Below are positions 18,993 to 27,368 of a stretch of DNA of 64,000 bases, one piece after another; position 1 is the first letter of the stretch; each line of letters starts with the position of its first letter. This DNA is from an uncultured Haliea sp. (GTDB lineage: Bacteria; Pseudomonadota; Gammaproteobacteria; Pseudomonadales; Halieaceae): assembly GCA_913061145.1 (NCBI GenBank), contig CAJXUQ010000003.1:123208-187207 (forward strand). Reading direction: 5' to 3'. The notes beneath the pieces are model-generated. The model did not search any database. It was given only the letters and a program-made list of their open reading frames with translations, and was not told where the DNA came from. A program made the translations under genes and the position numbers.

Positions 18993-20528
18993 ATGAACCC
19001 ACCTGCCCACCCCGTGACAGTGACCCAGCGGCTGCTGGCCGGTATTGAACGCGTCGGCAACCGCCTGCCGGACCCGGCCGTACTGTTCATCGCCCTGCTG
19101 TTCATCACCTGGGCGCTGTCCTTGCTTTTTTCACGGTTCGAATACGACCTGATTGATCCGCGGAGTGGCGAGGCACTGCAGGTTGTCAACCAGTTCTCGC
19201 CGACCGCCATGACGCAGTTCCTTGCAGATATGGTGACAACCTTCGCCCACTTCCACCCGATCGGAGTGGTGCTGGTGGCGATGCTGGGTATTGGTGTTGC
19301 TGAACACACCGGGTTCATCAACTCCACCCTGCGCGCCATGTTAGGGGTGACGGCACGCTGGCTGCTGACCCCCATGGTGATTGTGGTTGGGATCGTCAGC
19401 CACACCGCCGCAGATGCCGGCTACGTACTGGTGATACCGCTGGGAGGCATCATCTTCCACGCGGCGGGCCGCCACCCGCTGGCGGGCATTGCTGCGGCTT
19501 TTGCCGGTGTTTCGGGGGGCTACTCCGCAAACTTTGTGCCCTCCTCGGTCGACCCGATGCTGCAGGGTATCTCCCAGTCCGCCGCACAGATTATTGACCC
19601 CTCTGTGGTCCTCAACCCGCTGAACAACTATTTCTTCACCTCCGCCTCCTCATTACTGATCGTGCTGGTCGGCTGGCTGGTCACGGATCGCTTTGTCGAA
19701 CCCCACCTGCGTCGCACGCCGATCGACGCGGATGTTGCTGCTGAAACCGGAATGCAGGCGCTCAGTACGACTGAGCGGCGCGCGCTGCGCTTCGCTCTGT
19801 GGAGCATGCTCGTGGCCATCATACTGCTGTGCCTGAGTGCAGTGCCCGAGGGTTCCGCCTGGCGTGGCCCGGGTGGCTCCCTGACCGAGAATGGTGCTCC
19901 GCTCATGGCGTCTATCGTGCCGTTGATCTTCCTGCTCTTCCTGCTGCCCGCCGTGGTTTACGGCATCAGCGCGGGCACGGTCACCAGCAGCCGGGACGTG
20001 ATCGAGGGCATGACCAAAACCATGCAAACCATGGGCTACTACCTGGTCATCATGTTCTTTATCGCCCAGTTCATTTACGCCTTTGGCGCCTCAAACCTGG
20101 GCATACTGCTGGCGGTGAAGGGTGCGCAGGGGCTGCAGGCACTGGGCCTGCCCGGCGCGCTCACCATTTCCGGCATTGTCCTGCTCACAGGCTTTCTCAA
20201 CCTGTTCGTGGGTTCGGCATCGGCCAAATGGGCGCTGCTCGCCCCCATCCTGGTACCCATGCTGATGAAACTCGGTGCGTCACCGGATCTGACTCAGGCG
20301 GCGTACCGTATCGGCGACTCCACCACCAATATCATCACACCGCTGATGCCCTACTTTCCGCTGGTGGTGGTCTATTGCCAGCGCTACGTTCGCAGCGCCG
20401 GGATCGGTACGGTCACCGCGCTGATGCTGCCCTACTCGGTGAGTTTCATCATTTTGTGGACGCTGTTTCTGCTCGGCTACTGGGCTCTGGGCCTACCGCT
20501 GGGCCTGCAGTCCAGTTATAGCTACTGA
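18993..20528 (+). CDS. abgT: AbgT family transporter
   Basis: IERVGNRLPDP, GRHPLAGIAAAFAGVSGGYSAN, SASAKWA and YRIGDSTTNIITP motifs. Confidence 0.9.
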   Translation: MNPPAHPVTVTQRLLAGIERVGNRLPDPAVLFIALLFITWALSLLFSRFEYDLIDPRSGEALQVVNQFSPTAMTQFLADMVTTFAHFHPIGVVLVAMLGIGVAEHTGFINSTLRAMLGVTARWLLTPMVIVVGIVSHTAADAGYVLVIPLGGIIFHAAGRHPLAGIAAAFAGVSGGYSANFVPSSVDPMLQGISQSAAQIIDPSVVLNPLNNYFFTSASSLLIVLVGWLVTDRFVEPHLRRTPIDADVAAETGMQALSTTERRALRFALWSMLVAIILLCLSAVPEGSAWRGPGGSLTENGAPLMASIVPLIFLLFLLPAVVYGISAGTVTSSRDVIEGMTKTMQTMGYYLVIMFFIAQFIYAFGASNLGILLAVKGAQGLQALGLPGALTISGIVLLTGFLNLFVGSASAKWALLAPILVPMLMKLGASPDLTQAAYRIGDSTTNIITPLMPYFPLVVVYCQRYVRSAGIGTVTALMLPYSVSFIILWTLFLLGYWALGLPLGLQSSYSY

Positions 20529-22321
20529 GAAGCCCCGGGCAGGGGTTGCTCCTGCTGAGCGGCCCACAGTGCCGCGTAGCGGCCACCGGAAGCCAATAAT
20601 TCGCGGTGGCCACCCTGTTCGACGATCCGGCCCTGATCCAGCACCAGAATACGGTCTGCGTCGACAACGGTGGACAGGCGGTGAGCAATCACCAGGCTGG
20701 TGTGGTTCAGAGCAATCTCCCGCAGCGCCTTCAGAATCGCCTGCTCCGAGCGGCTGTCCAGGCTGGAGGTGGCCTCGTCAAACACCAGGATGGGCGGACG
20801 CTTGAGGATGGTGCGGGCAATGGAGACACGCTGCTTCTCCCCCCCGGAAAGCTTGAGTCCGCGCTCGCCCACCCGGGTCTGCCAACCATCGGGCAGCTGG
20901 GCAAGGAACTCGTCCAGGTGGGCCATGCTGGCGGCCTCGGCCACCTCGGCGTCCGGGGCACCAGGCTTGCCGTATCGCAGGTTCTCCAGCAGGGTGTCAT
21001 TGAACAGCACGGTGTCCTGGGGCACGATACCAATCGCCCTGCGCAGCGATTCGCGGGTGACCTCTGCGATGTCCTGCCCGTCAATGAGTATCCGCCCCGC
21101 ACTGGGGTCGTAAAAACGAAACAGCAGCTTGACCAGTGTAGACTTGCCAGCGCCACTGGCTCCCACCACCGCCACTTTCTTGCCTGGCGGCACCTCGAAA
21201 CTGACCCGGTCGAGAATGCTGCGCCCGGCCGGGTAACGAAAGCTCACCTGCTCAAAACGGATACCGCCGCCGGCGACGCCCAGGGCCGGCGCTCCGGGCC
21301 GGTCGGCGAGCTCCGGGCGTACATCCAGCAGGCCAAACAGACGCTCGATATTGGCCATTGCCCCTTTCATTTCGCGGTAGACAAAACCGAGAAAACCGAG
21401 TGGCAGAAACAGCTGGATCATGTACTGACTGATCAGCACGAAGTCACCGAGCGTAAGCTGCCCCGTCCGCACCTGCAACACCGCGAGGCCGATGATGGCC
21501 GTTTGTGCCAGCGCAATGATCAGCGCCTGGCCGCCGTTGAGCCCGAACAGAGACAGGCGGTTGCGCCGTCGCGCCTGCTCCCAACGCGCCAGATCTTCGT
21601 CGTAGCGCTGCGCCTCGTAGGCTTCATTGCCAAAATACTTGACGGTTTCAAAATTGAGCAGACTGTCCACGGCGCGGGTGTTGGAGGCCGAATCGGCCTC
21701 GTTCATTTCCCGCACAAAGCGTGTGCGCCACTCCGTCGCGCCGAAGGAAAACCAGCCATAGGCGACGACGGAAACCAGGGTCACCAGCGCATAACTCAGC
21801 CCGTAACTGAACAGGAAAACCGAAACCACCACGGCGATCTCGAACAGTGTGGGCACAATATTGAAGACCATGAAACGCAGCAGAAAACTCACCCCGCTGG
21901 TGCCCCGCTCGATGTCGCGGGCCAGGCCACCGGTGCGCCGCTCCAGATGAAAACCGAGGTCCAGCTGATGTACATGGCGAAACACCGTCAGCCCAAGGGA
22001 ACGCATGGCGCGCTCGGTGACGCGACCGAACAGGGTGTCACGTAACTCGGCAAACAGTACGCTGGACAGGCGCGCCACGCCGTAGGCGGCGATCAACCCC
22101 AGCGCCACCGACCCCGCGAGTTGCGCACCCGACTCCAGGTTCAAGCCATCCACGAGATGCTTCATGATGAAGGGAATGACGAGTATCGCGCCCTTGGCGA
22201 GCAACAGACAGGCCATCGCCAGGGCGATACGTCGACGATGATCGCGCAGGTAGGGCCAGAGACGGGGCAGAACCGACCAGTCGAGTACCTGCCCAGGCTC
22301 GGCGTCAGTGCGGGGTCGCAT
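20522..22321 (-). CDS. Atm1/ABCB6-like ABC exporter (fused TMD-NBD)
   Basis: FHLERRTGGLARDIERG, DSLLNFETVKYF, Walker A GASGAGKST, LSGGEKQR and DEATSSLD. Confidence 0.9.
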   Translation of the reverse strand: MRPRTDAEPGQVLDWSVLPRLWPYLRDHRRRIALAMACLLLAKGAILVIPFIMKHLVDGLNLESGAQLAGSVALGLIAAYGVARLSSVLFAELRDTLFGRVTERAMRSLGLTVFRHVHQLDLGFHLERRTGGLARDIERGTSGVSFLLRFMVFNIVPTLFEIAVVVSVFLFSYGLSYALVTLVSVVAYGWFSFGATEWRTRFVREMNEADSASNTRAVDSLLNFETVKYFGNEAYEAQRYDEDLARWEQARRRNRLSLFGLNGGQALIIALAQTAIIGLAVLQVRTGQLTLGDFVLISQYMIQLFLPLGFLGFVYREMKGAMANIERLFGLLDVRPELADRPGAPALGVAGGGIRFEQVSFRYPAGRSILDRVSFEVPPGKKVAVVGASGAGKSTLVKLLFRFYDPSAGRILIDGQDIAEVTRESLRRAIGIVPQDTVLFNDTLLENLRYGKPGAPDAEVAEAASMAHLDEFLAQLPDGWQTRVGERGLKLSGGEKQRVSIARTILKRPPILVFDEATSSLDSRSEQAILKALREIALNHTSLVIAHRLSTVVDADRILVLDQGRIVEQGGHRELLASGGRYAALWAAQQEQPLPGASQ

Positions 22322-22329
22322 CGCGGCAA

Positions 22330-22887
22330 TCAGTCCTCAAGCAGGTGCCGGAAATGCTCCGGCAGGAAACCGCGGTACTGCATAAAGCGCATACGCCGCG
22401 CCTTCTCCTTCAAGCGCTGCTGCTGTGCTTCGCGGCGGACGTGATAGGACGGCGACTCCCCGGGGTCCTCGGGCTGCAATTCTCGCGCCTGCCCGAACTT
22501 GCGCTGAAAGGCCACGGTGGCCGCCTCACACCAGTCTGGATCCACGGTCTCCAGGGCGGCGAGAATGCGCGCCTGCGCCACACCGCGTTCGCGCATTTCC
22601 TGACGGATACGCACCGGCCCGTAGCCTCGGTCCAGTCGCTGGCGCAGCAGGCTTTCAGCATAGCGTGCATCGCTCTGCAGGTTCTCCGCAGCAAGGTCGT
22701 CCAGCACACGGCTCACCAGCGCTGCGTCGTCGAAACGGCGCTGCAGCTTGGTTTGCAACTCGCTGCGGGCATGCTCACGCCGTGCCAACAGGTCCATGGC
22801 AGCAACGCGTATGTCACCCACTGAGGCCGTGGCCTCCACCCGAGTCGCCGGGTCCTGCGTGTCAGGATGGGTAGTTTGATCAGACAT
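22330..22887 (-). CDS. recX: Regulatory protein RecX
   Basis: AMDLLARREH, QSDARYAE, GYGPVRIRQE and RFMQYRGF motifs, downstream of recA. Confidence 0.92.
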   Translation of the reverse strand: MSDQTTHPDTQDPATRVEATASVGDIRVAAMDLLARREHARSELQTKLQRRFDDAALVSRVLDDLAAENLQSDARYAESLLRQRLDRGYGPVRIRQEMRERGVAQARILAALETVDPDWCEAATVAFQRKFGQARELQPEDPGESPSYHVRREAQQQRLKEKARRMRFMQYRGFLPEHFRHLLED

Positions 22888-22935
22888 GGACGCCATGATA
22901 CCGCGAGCCATCCGCAATGCGATGAGTCATAAAAG

Positions 22936-22980
22936 AGGTGCCGGGCACGCGAGAGTGGGGGTGAGTGGAGCCCGGCACCT
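22936..22980 (-). other. 11-bp stem hairpin with a 23-nt C-rich loop followed by CTTTT
   Basis: Minus strand AGGTGCCGGGC-TCCACTCACCCCCACTCTCGCGT-GCCCGGCACCT-CTTTT. Confidence 0.6.
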
Positions 22981-22983
22981 GGA

Positions 22984-23015
22984 AAACAACCCCGGGTGCG
23001 CGGCACCCGGGTTTT
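22984..23015 (-). terminator. Rho-independent terminator of recA
   Basis: cccgggtgc-gcg-gcacccggg stem (22991-23011), flanked by T-runs on both strands, immediately after the recA stop. Confidence 0.75.
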
Positions 23016-23018
23016 GCC

Positions 23019-24068
23019 TTACTCGTCGTCCGGCAGATCGGCTTCAGCAGCCGGCGCAACCTTTTTTGCCGGGGGCGCTGCGGCGACCATGGTCTGACGA
23101 CGGATTTCGGCTTCTATTTCCTCCGCGATGGGCAGGTTCTCCTCCAGGAAGCGCGCCGCATTGGCCTTGCCCTGCCCGATCTTGTCTCCTTTGTAGGCGT
23201 ACCAGGCACCGGATTTGTCGATCAGATTGAGCTTCACACCCCAGTCGATGACTTCACCCATGTGATAGATGCCCTTGCCGTACATAATCTGGAATTCGGC
23301 CTGTTTGAAGGGTGGGGACACCTTGTTCTTCACCACTTTGACGCGGGTTTCGTTGCCGACCACCTCGTCGCCCTCCTTCACCGCACCGATGCGGCGGATG
23401 TCCAGACGCACCGATGAATAGAACTTCAGCGCGTTACCGCCCGTCGTCGTTTCCGGGTTGCCGAACATCACGCCGATCTTCATACGAATCTGGTTGATAA
23501 AGATCACCAGACAGTTGCTGTGCTTGATGGCTCCGGTGAGCTTGCGCATGGCCTGACTCAGCAACCGCGCCTGCAGACCAACGTGGGAATCCCCCATTTC
23601 ACCTTCGATTTCCGCCTTCGGCGTCAACGCGGCAACTGAGTCGATGACCAGCACGTCCACCGCGCCGGACCGCACCAGCATCTCGGCGACCTCGAGTGCC
23701 TGTTCACCGGTATCTGGCTGTGACAGGATAAGGTCGTCTACGCAGACGCCGAGTTTTTCCGCGTAGCTGGGATCAAGCGCATGCTCGGCATCAATAAACG
23801 CCGCGGTGCCCCCGGCTTTCTGCGACTCGGCGATCACCTGCAGTGTGAGTGTCGTCTTGCCCGAAGACTCGGGGCCGTAGATCTCGCAGATACGCCCCTT
23901 GGGCAGGCCACCGATGCCGAGCGCAATATCCAGACCGAGTGAACCGGTCGAGATCGCGGGCATGGCCACGCGTTCGTTGTCGCCCATGCGCATCACCGTG
24001 CCCTTGCCGAACTGGCGTTCGATCTGGCTGAGGGCTGCGTCCAGTGCTTTCTGCTTGTTGGCGTCCAT
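23019..24068 (-). CDS. recA: Recombinase RecA
   Basis: [35 protein letters not shown] and [19 protein letters not shown]. Confidence 0.99.
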   Translation of the reverse strand: MDANKQKALDAALSQIERQFGKGTVMRMGDNERVAMPAISTGSLGLDIALGIGGLPKGRICEIYGPESSGKTTLTLQVIAESQKAGGTAAFIDAEHALDPSYAEKLGVCVDDLILSQPDTGEQALEVAEMLVRSGAVDVLVIDSVAALTPKAEIEGEMGDSHVGLQARLLSQAMRKLTGAIKHSNCLVIFINQIRMKIGVMFGNPETTTGGNALKFYSSVRLDIRRIGAVKEGDEVVGNETRVKVVKNKVSPPFKQAEFQIMYGKGIYHMGEVIDWGVKLNLIDKSGAWYAYKGDKIGQGKANAARFLEENLPIAEEIEAEIRRQTMVAAAPPAKKVAPAAEADLPDDE

Positions 24069-24138
24069 AATCGACGGCTCCTGTCTTTGATGGCCTGTGC
24101 GGCGGAGGTTGAGGGTGCCAGATTCCCGGACCCGAGTA

Positions 24139-24154
24139 CTGTATATATACTCAG
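24139..24154. promoter_or_regulatory. LexA SOS box upstream of recA
   Basis: CTGTATATATACTCAG matches CTG-N10-CAG with an AT-alternating core and lies 70 nt upstream of the recA ATG. Confidence 0.92.
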
Positions 24155-24243
24155 TGCATTGGCCGCGAATTGCAAGCCCCCTGAACCACCAAATCTGCCC
24201 GGCGATCAGGGATATGCCTGCCTGGGCGACAGGTCGGTGGGGT

Positions 24244-25281
24244 TCACGGTGACACGCGGGCCTGCGGGACCGCGTAGAACAGGCAATCACTGCGGGCGAT
24301 GACGACATTCGTGGTGATCATGAACAGTGTTGTTGCGGTCGCCGGGTAAAGGCGCCCTCCGACGCAGCGCAGCAGACTGGAAAGCACACAGCGCCCCCCC
24401 GCGTCCTGTGCCCAGAACAGGCTACGCAGGTCTCCGCGTATCCAGCCCAGCGGTTCATCCGGACCTACCGTGGCGAAATTGAAATGCTCCATATCCTGCC
24501 GCAGGGTGACGTCGGCCGTGCTGTCCGGCACCTCGCCGTAGGCCAGTGTCACGCCGGGATTGAGATGCAGGCGCACCGGATCCTGCAGGACCTCCAGCGC
24601 CCAGACCGGCTCATCCCCCGCCAGCACGCGATCACGGTCAAAGTAGCGACAAAGGCCCTCCCAGGCCAGCTCGTGGGCGCGCTCGTCAAGCCGCCCCCCC
24701 ACTTCAACCGTGACCGTGGGGTAACTGTGTTCGCTGATTTCCATCAAGGCACCGAGGTTCAACCGGGTCACGATCATGCGTTCGGTAAACAGTGAGACCA
24801 GCGCGTCATGCTCACGGTCGAGGTGTGTGCAGACCCCAAAGGCCGGCCCACTGCCGGAGGTATTGTGCAGATCGACGACCGCTTCCGGCTGGTGCACGCG
24901 CAGGATCTGCAGGATTTCCTCAGCGAGGATGCCCTCGGCGCCCTCAAAAGGCGGTTTGAAGCAGCGGTTCAGGTCGCGCACGCCGGGCAGCATGCGATGA
25001 CTGAACAGCGGCGGACGCAGTGCCGCCGCCACGGAACCGATGATGCATACGCAGTTGACGGCGGGCTGGCGACCCGACTTGATCCAGCGGAACAGGGCCA
25101 TCAGGCCGGACGGCTCGTTGCCATGCAGCAGTGTGACCAGCGCTCGCGTGCGACGGGTATCCCTGCCGTCCAGGAAGAGACTCGCGGGACCGCCGAGTAC
25201 CTGCAGGAAATCCTCAACGGTGTCGCCGATTTCCGTCGCCAGCGGATTACGCAGAAAGCGCACCCGCCTCACTGCGGCCAC
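24244..25281 (-). CDS. Succinylglutamate desuccinylase/aspartoacylase (AstE/AspA, M14-like) family protein
   Basis: Zn and catalytic motifs HGNE, DLNRCF, DLHNT and TVEVG. The GTG start overlaps the upstream stop by 13 nt. Confidence 0.82.
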   Translation of the reverse strand: MAAVRRVRFLRNPLATEIGDTVEDFLQVLGGPASLFLDGRDTRRTRALVTLLHGNEPSGLMALFRWIKSGRQPAVNCVCIIGSVAAALRPPLFSHRMLPGVRDLNRCFKPPFEGAEGILAEEILQILRVHQPEAVVDLHNTSGSGPAFGVCTHLDREHDALVSLFTERMIVTRLNLGALMEISEHSYPTVTVEVGGRLDERAHELAWEGLCRYFDRDRVLAGDEPVWALEVLQDPVRLHLNPGVTLAYGEVPDSTADVTLRQDMEHFNFATVGPDEPLGWIRGDLRSLFWAQDAGGRCVLSSLLRCVGGRLYPATATTLFMITTNVVIARSDCLFYAVPQARVSP

Positions 25282-26738
25282 TCCGCTACCGGTTCATTGG
25301 TCTCACTGCGCAACCGGTAAGCCTCGAGCATGTCGCTCAACTGCGCAGGATCCGGGCGTGTTCCGGACTGCGGCTGCCCGAGCTGCGCCAGCTGCCAGCG
25401 CGCCCCCGTTTGCCCATTGGCCAGCCGCCGCTCGATGATGCCCAGATAGCGGTCGGACTCTGTGCCGGCGATACCGATGGCATCCAGCCCACGGCGGGCC
25501 ACCGGCAGCATGTCCGCGACCAGACTGGCTGCGGATTGCTCCTCGCATACCGTCTGCTGCGGACGCGGCCAGACCAGCCGGGCTGCCAGGCCCTCCTGCG
25601 CCGCACGGTAAAAGTTATGTTCAGCAATTGAAAACGGTAACGCCGGGAGCCAACGCTGCAGGCCCGGCTGCAGGCCCTCCGCCATACCGATGAGGAATGC
25701 CGCGTTGGCTACCATGTCCGCAGCGGTGGGCCCCGCCGGCAGTGCGCGCATCTCGACGCGCAGGTGACCGCCCGCGGCCGCGTCGTAGACCGGGCGATTC
25801 CACAGCCACACCGTGCTTTGATGCAGCTGTAACTCGCGCAGTTCCAGACTGGCAGGATCACCCGCCTCCTCGGCGCAAACCGGCAACAGGGGCTGGTAGA
25901 GACGAACCGCCTCGGCAAACAGCTCCAGCGCATCGCGGCGCACCCAGCCTTGGCCAAAGTTCACCCGGGCAGGCTCTTTCCAGGCGTAGCGGTCGGGTAG
26001 ACGCGTGTCGATGGACTGCTTGAACAGCGGGATACGCGTCTCCTGCCACAGGCTGTGGCCGAACAGGGTGGGGGAATTGCCCGCCACCGCCAGCGCCAGC
26101 GGGGTGACCGCCTGGATCGCGTTGAACACATCCGCAAAGCGCTCCGGCGCCACCCGGTAGTGAACCTGGAACGAGGTATTGGCGCCCTCCAGGGTGATAT
26201 CGTCCATGGCCAGCTGCAGCGGATGCTGCCCGTTGATATTGATGGTGAAGTGGCGCCCACGGCGGGCAATCAGTTGCTCCACCAGCGCCGCAAAGCGCCG
26301 TTTTGGCGTCATGCAGGCGGGCCCGAAGTCATCGCGCTGCAGCGTGGGCAGAATGCCGATGGGCACCACCAGCGCATCCCGCTGTGCCGCCAGCTGGCGC
26401 AGCGTTCCCAGCTTGCGGCAGATTTCCTCCTCCAGTGAGAGAAAAGGGCTGTCCGCCACTGCGACCGGGCTCAGGTTGTACTCGAGGTTGTAGCGATTGA
26501 GTTCCAGCGTCAGCTGCTCGTCGCCCGCCGCGGCTTGCAGCTCCTCATTGAGGTGTGCGGGCCTGCCCGCACCATCCACCACGTACAGCTCCAGTTCAGC
26601 GCCCAGTGACGCCGGACCCTCGCCGAAGCCGGGCACCGCCAGCAGTGCCTCCAGACGCTGCAGGTTCGCCTCGAGCCGCTGGCTGAAGCGCTGGTAGTCG
26701 GCCGTGGAAAACTGCACGGTGTGGATATCGGTGCCCAT
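25269..26738 (-). CDS. Glutamate-cysteine ligase family 2 (GCS2) / gamma-glutamyl ligase
   Basis: SLGAELE, LELNRYNLEYN, GANTSFQVH, ETRIPLF, NRPVYD and RVEMRALPAGPT motifs. Start refined to ATG 26738. Confidence 0.82.
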   Translation of the reverse strand: MGTDIHTVQFSTADYQRFSQRLEANLQRLEALLAVPGFGEGPASLGAELELYVVDGAGRPAHLNEELQAAAGDEQLTLELNRYNLEYNLSPVAVADSPFLSLEEEICRKLGTLRQLAAQRDALVVPIGILPTLQRDDFGPACMTPKRRFAALVEQLIARRGRHFTININGQHPLQLAMDDITLEGANTSFQVHYRVAPERFADVFNAIQAVTPLALAVAGNSPTLFGHSLWQETRIPLFKQSIDTRLPDRYAWKEPARVNFGQGWVRRDALELFAEAVRLYQPLLPVCAEEAGDPASLELRELQLHQSTVWLWNRPVYDAAAGGHLRVEMRALPAGPTAADMVANAAFLIGMAEGLQPGLQRWLPALPFSIAEHNFYRAAQEGLAARLVWPRPQQTVCEEQSAASLVADMLPVARRGLDAIGIAGTESDRYLGIIERRLANGQTGARWQLAQLGQPQSGTRPDPAQLSDMLEAYRLRSETNEPVAEWPQ

Positions 26739-26822
26739 GTCAGCGTTATAGCACAGAAGCCGGTGGAGGATAGTCCGGGCATGACGTAAAATCGGGCTTC
26801 CCCAATTGCCACTGGTTGTCCC

Positions 26823-27293
26823 ATGTCCACCCCCGTCACACCCGACCGCGCCCTGCTGGAACGCTGGCTGAACGCCAGCGCCGTACAGAATTACCTGTGC
26901 GAGCACTGCGACAACCTGCACATCAGCGAAATCAGGTCACAGGAGGGGGTGCTGGACAGCCGCCTGATTCCCGAGAGCTTTGGCCTGCTGTTCACCACAG
27001 AGCTGGAAATCCGCCCCATGGCCCTGCTTGCCCTGTCCGCCGACCTGGGGCGGTTGAACATGGAGTACCCGGTGCTGAAGCTGTTCCTCGACGTGGTGGA
27101 CGACGCGACGCCGCAGCTGGTGGCCGCCGCCATTTTCCCCGGCAATGCCGGCATTACCGAGAGCCAGTTCAATCACTTCGTTGCCATGACCATGCAGGCC
27201 ATGCTGCAGCTGGCGGAGGAATGCCTGCGGCTCGATTACCTCTTCTCCGAGGATGGCTCCACACGTCAGCGGCCACGCTCCGTGGTGCATTGA
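26823..27293 (+). CDS. ybjN: YbjN domain protein
   Basis: The N-terminus LLERWL...YLCEHCDNLHI...EGVLDSRL resembles the CxxCxxLH start of YbjN-type proteins as I recall it. Confidence 0.7.
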   Translation: MSTPVTPDRALLERWLNASAVQNYLCEHCDNLHISEIRSQEGVLDSRLIPESFGLLFTTELEIRPMALLALSADLGRLNMEYPVLKLFLDVVDDATPQLVAAAIFPGNAGITESQFNHFVAMTMQAMLQLAEECLRLDYLFSEDGSTRQRPRSVVH

Positions 27294-27368
27294 AGGGGCG
27301 GCCACTGCGGCCTGCATGCCCGCCACTGCGTTAACCCATCGATCCAAGGAACAGGCACCCCGCACACA

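Noticed and set aside
24069-24308. Apparent 80-aa N-terminal extension of RecA
   Set aside because: It runs through the SOS box/promoter and the neighbouring gene's 3' end. The canonical RecA N-terminus starts at 24068.
18993-26738. Functional link between AbgT (acyl-glutamate importer family) and the GCS2/M14 pair
   Set aside because: The chemistry is appealing, but they are on opposite strands and separated by the ABC exporter, recX and recA. There is no sequence evidence of linkage.
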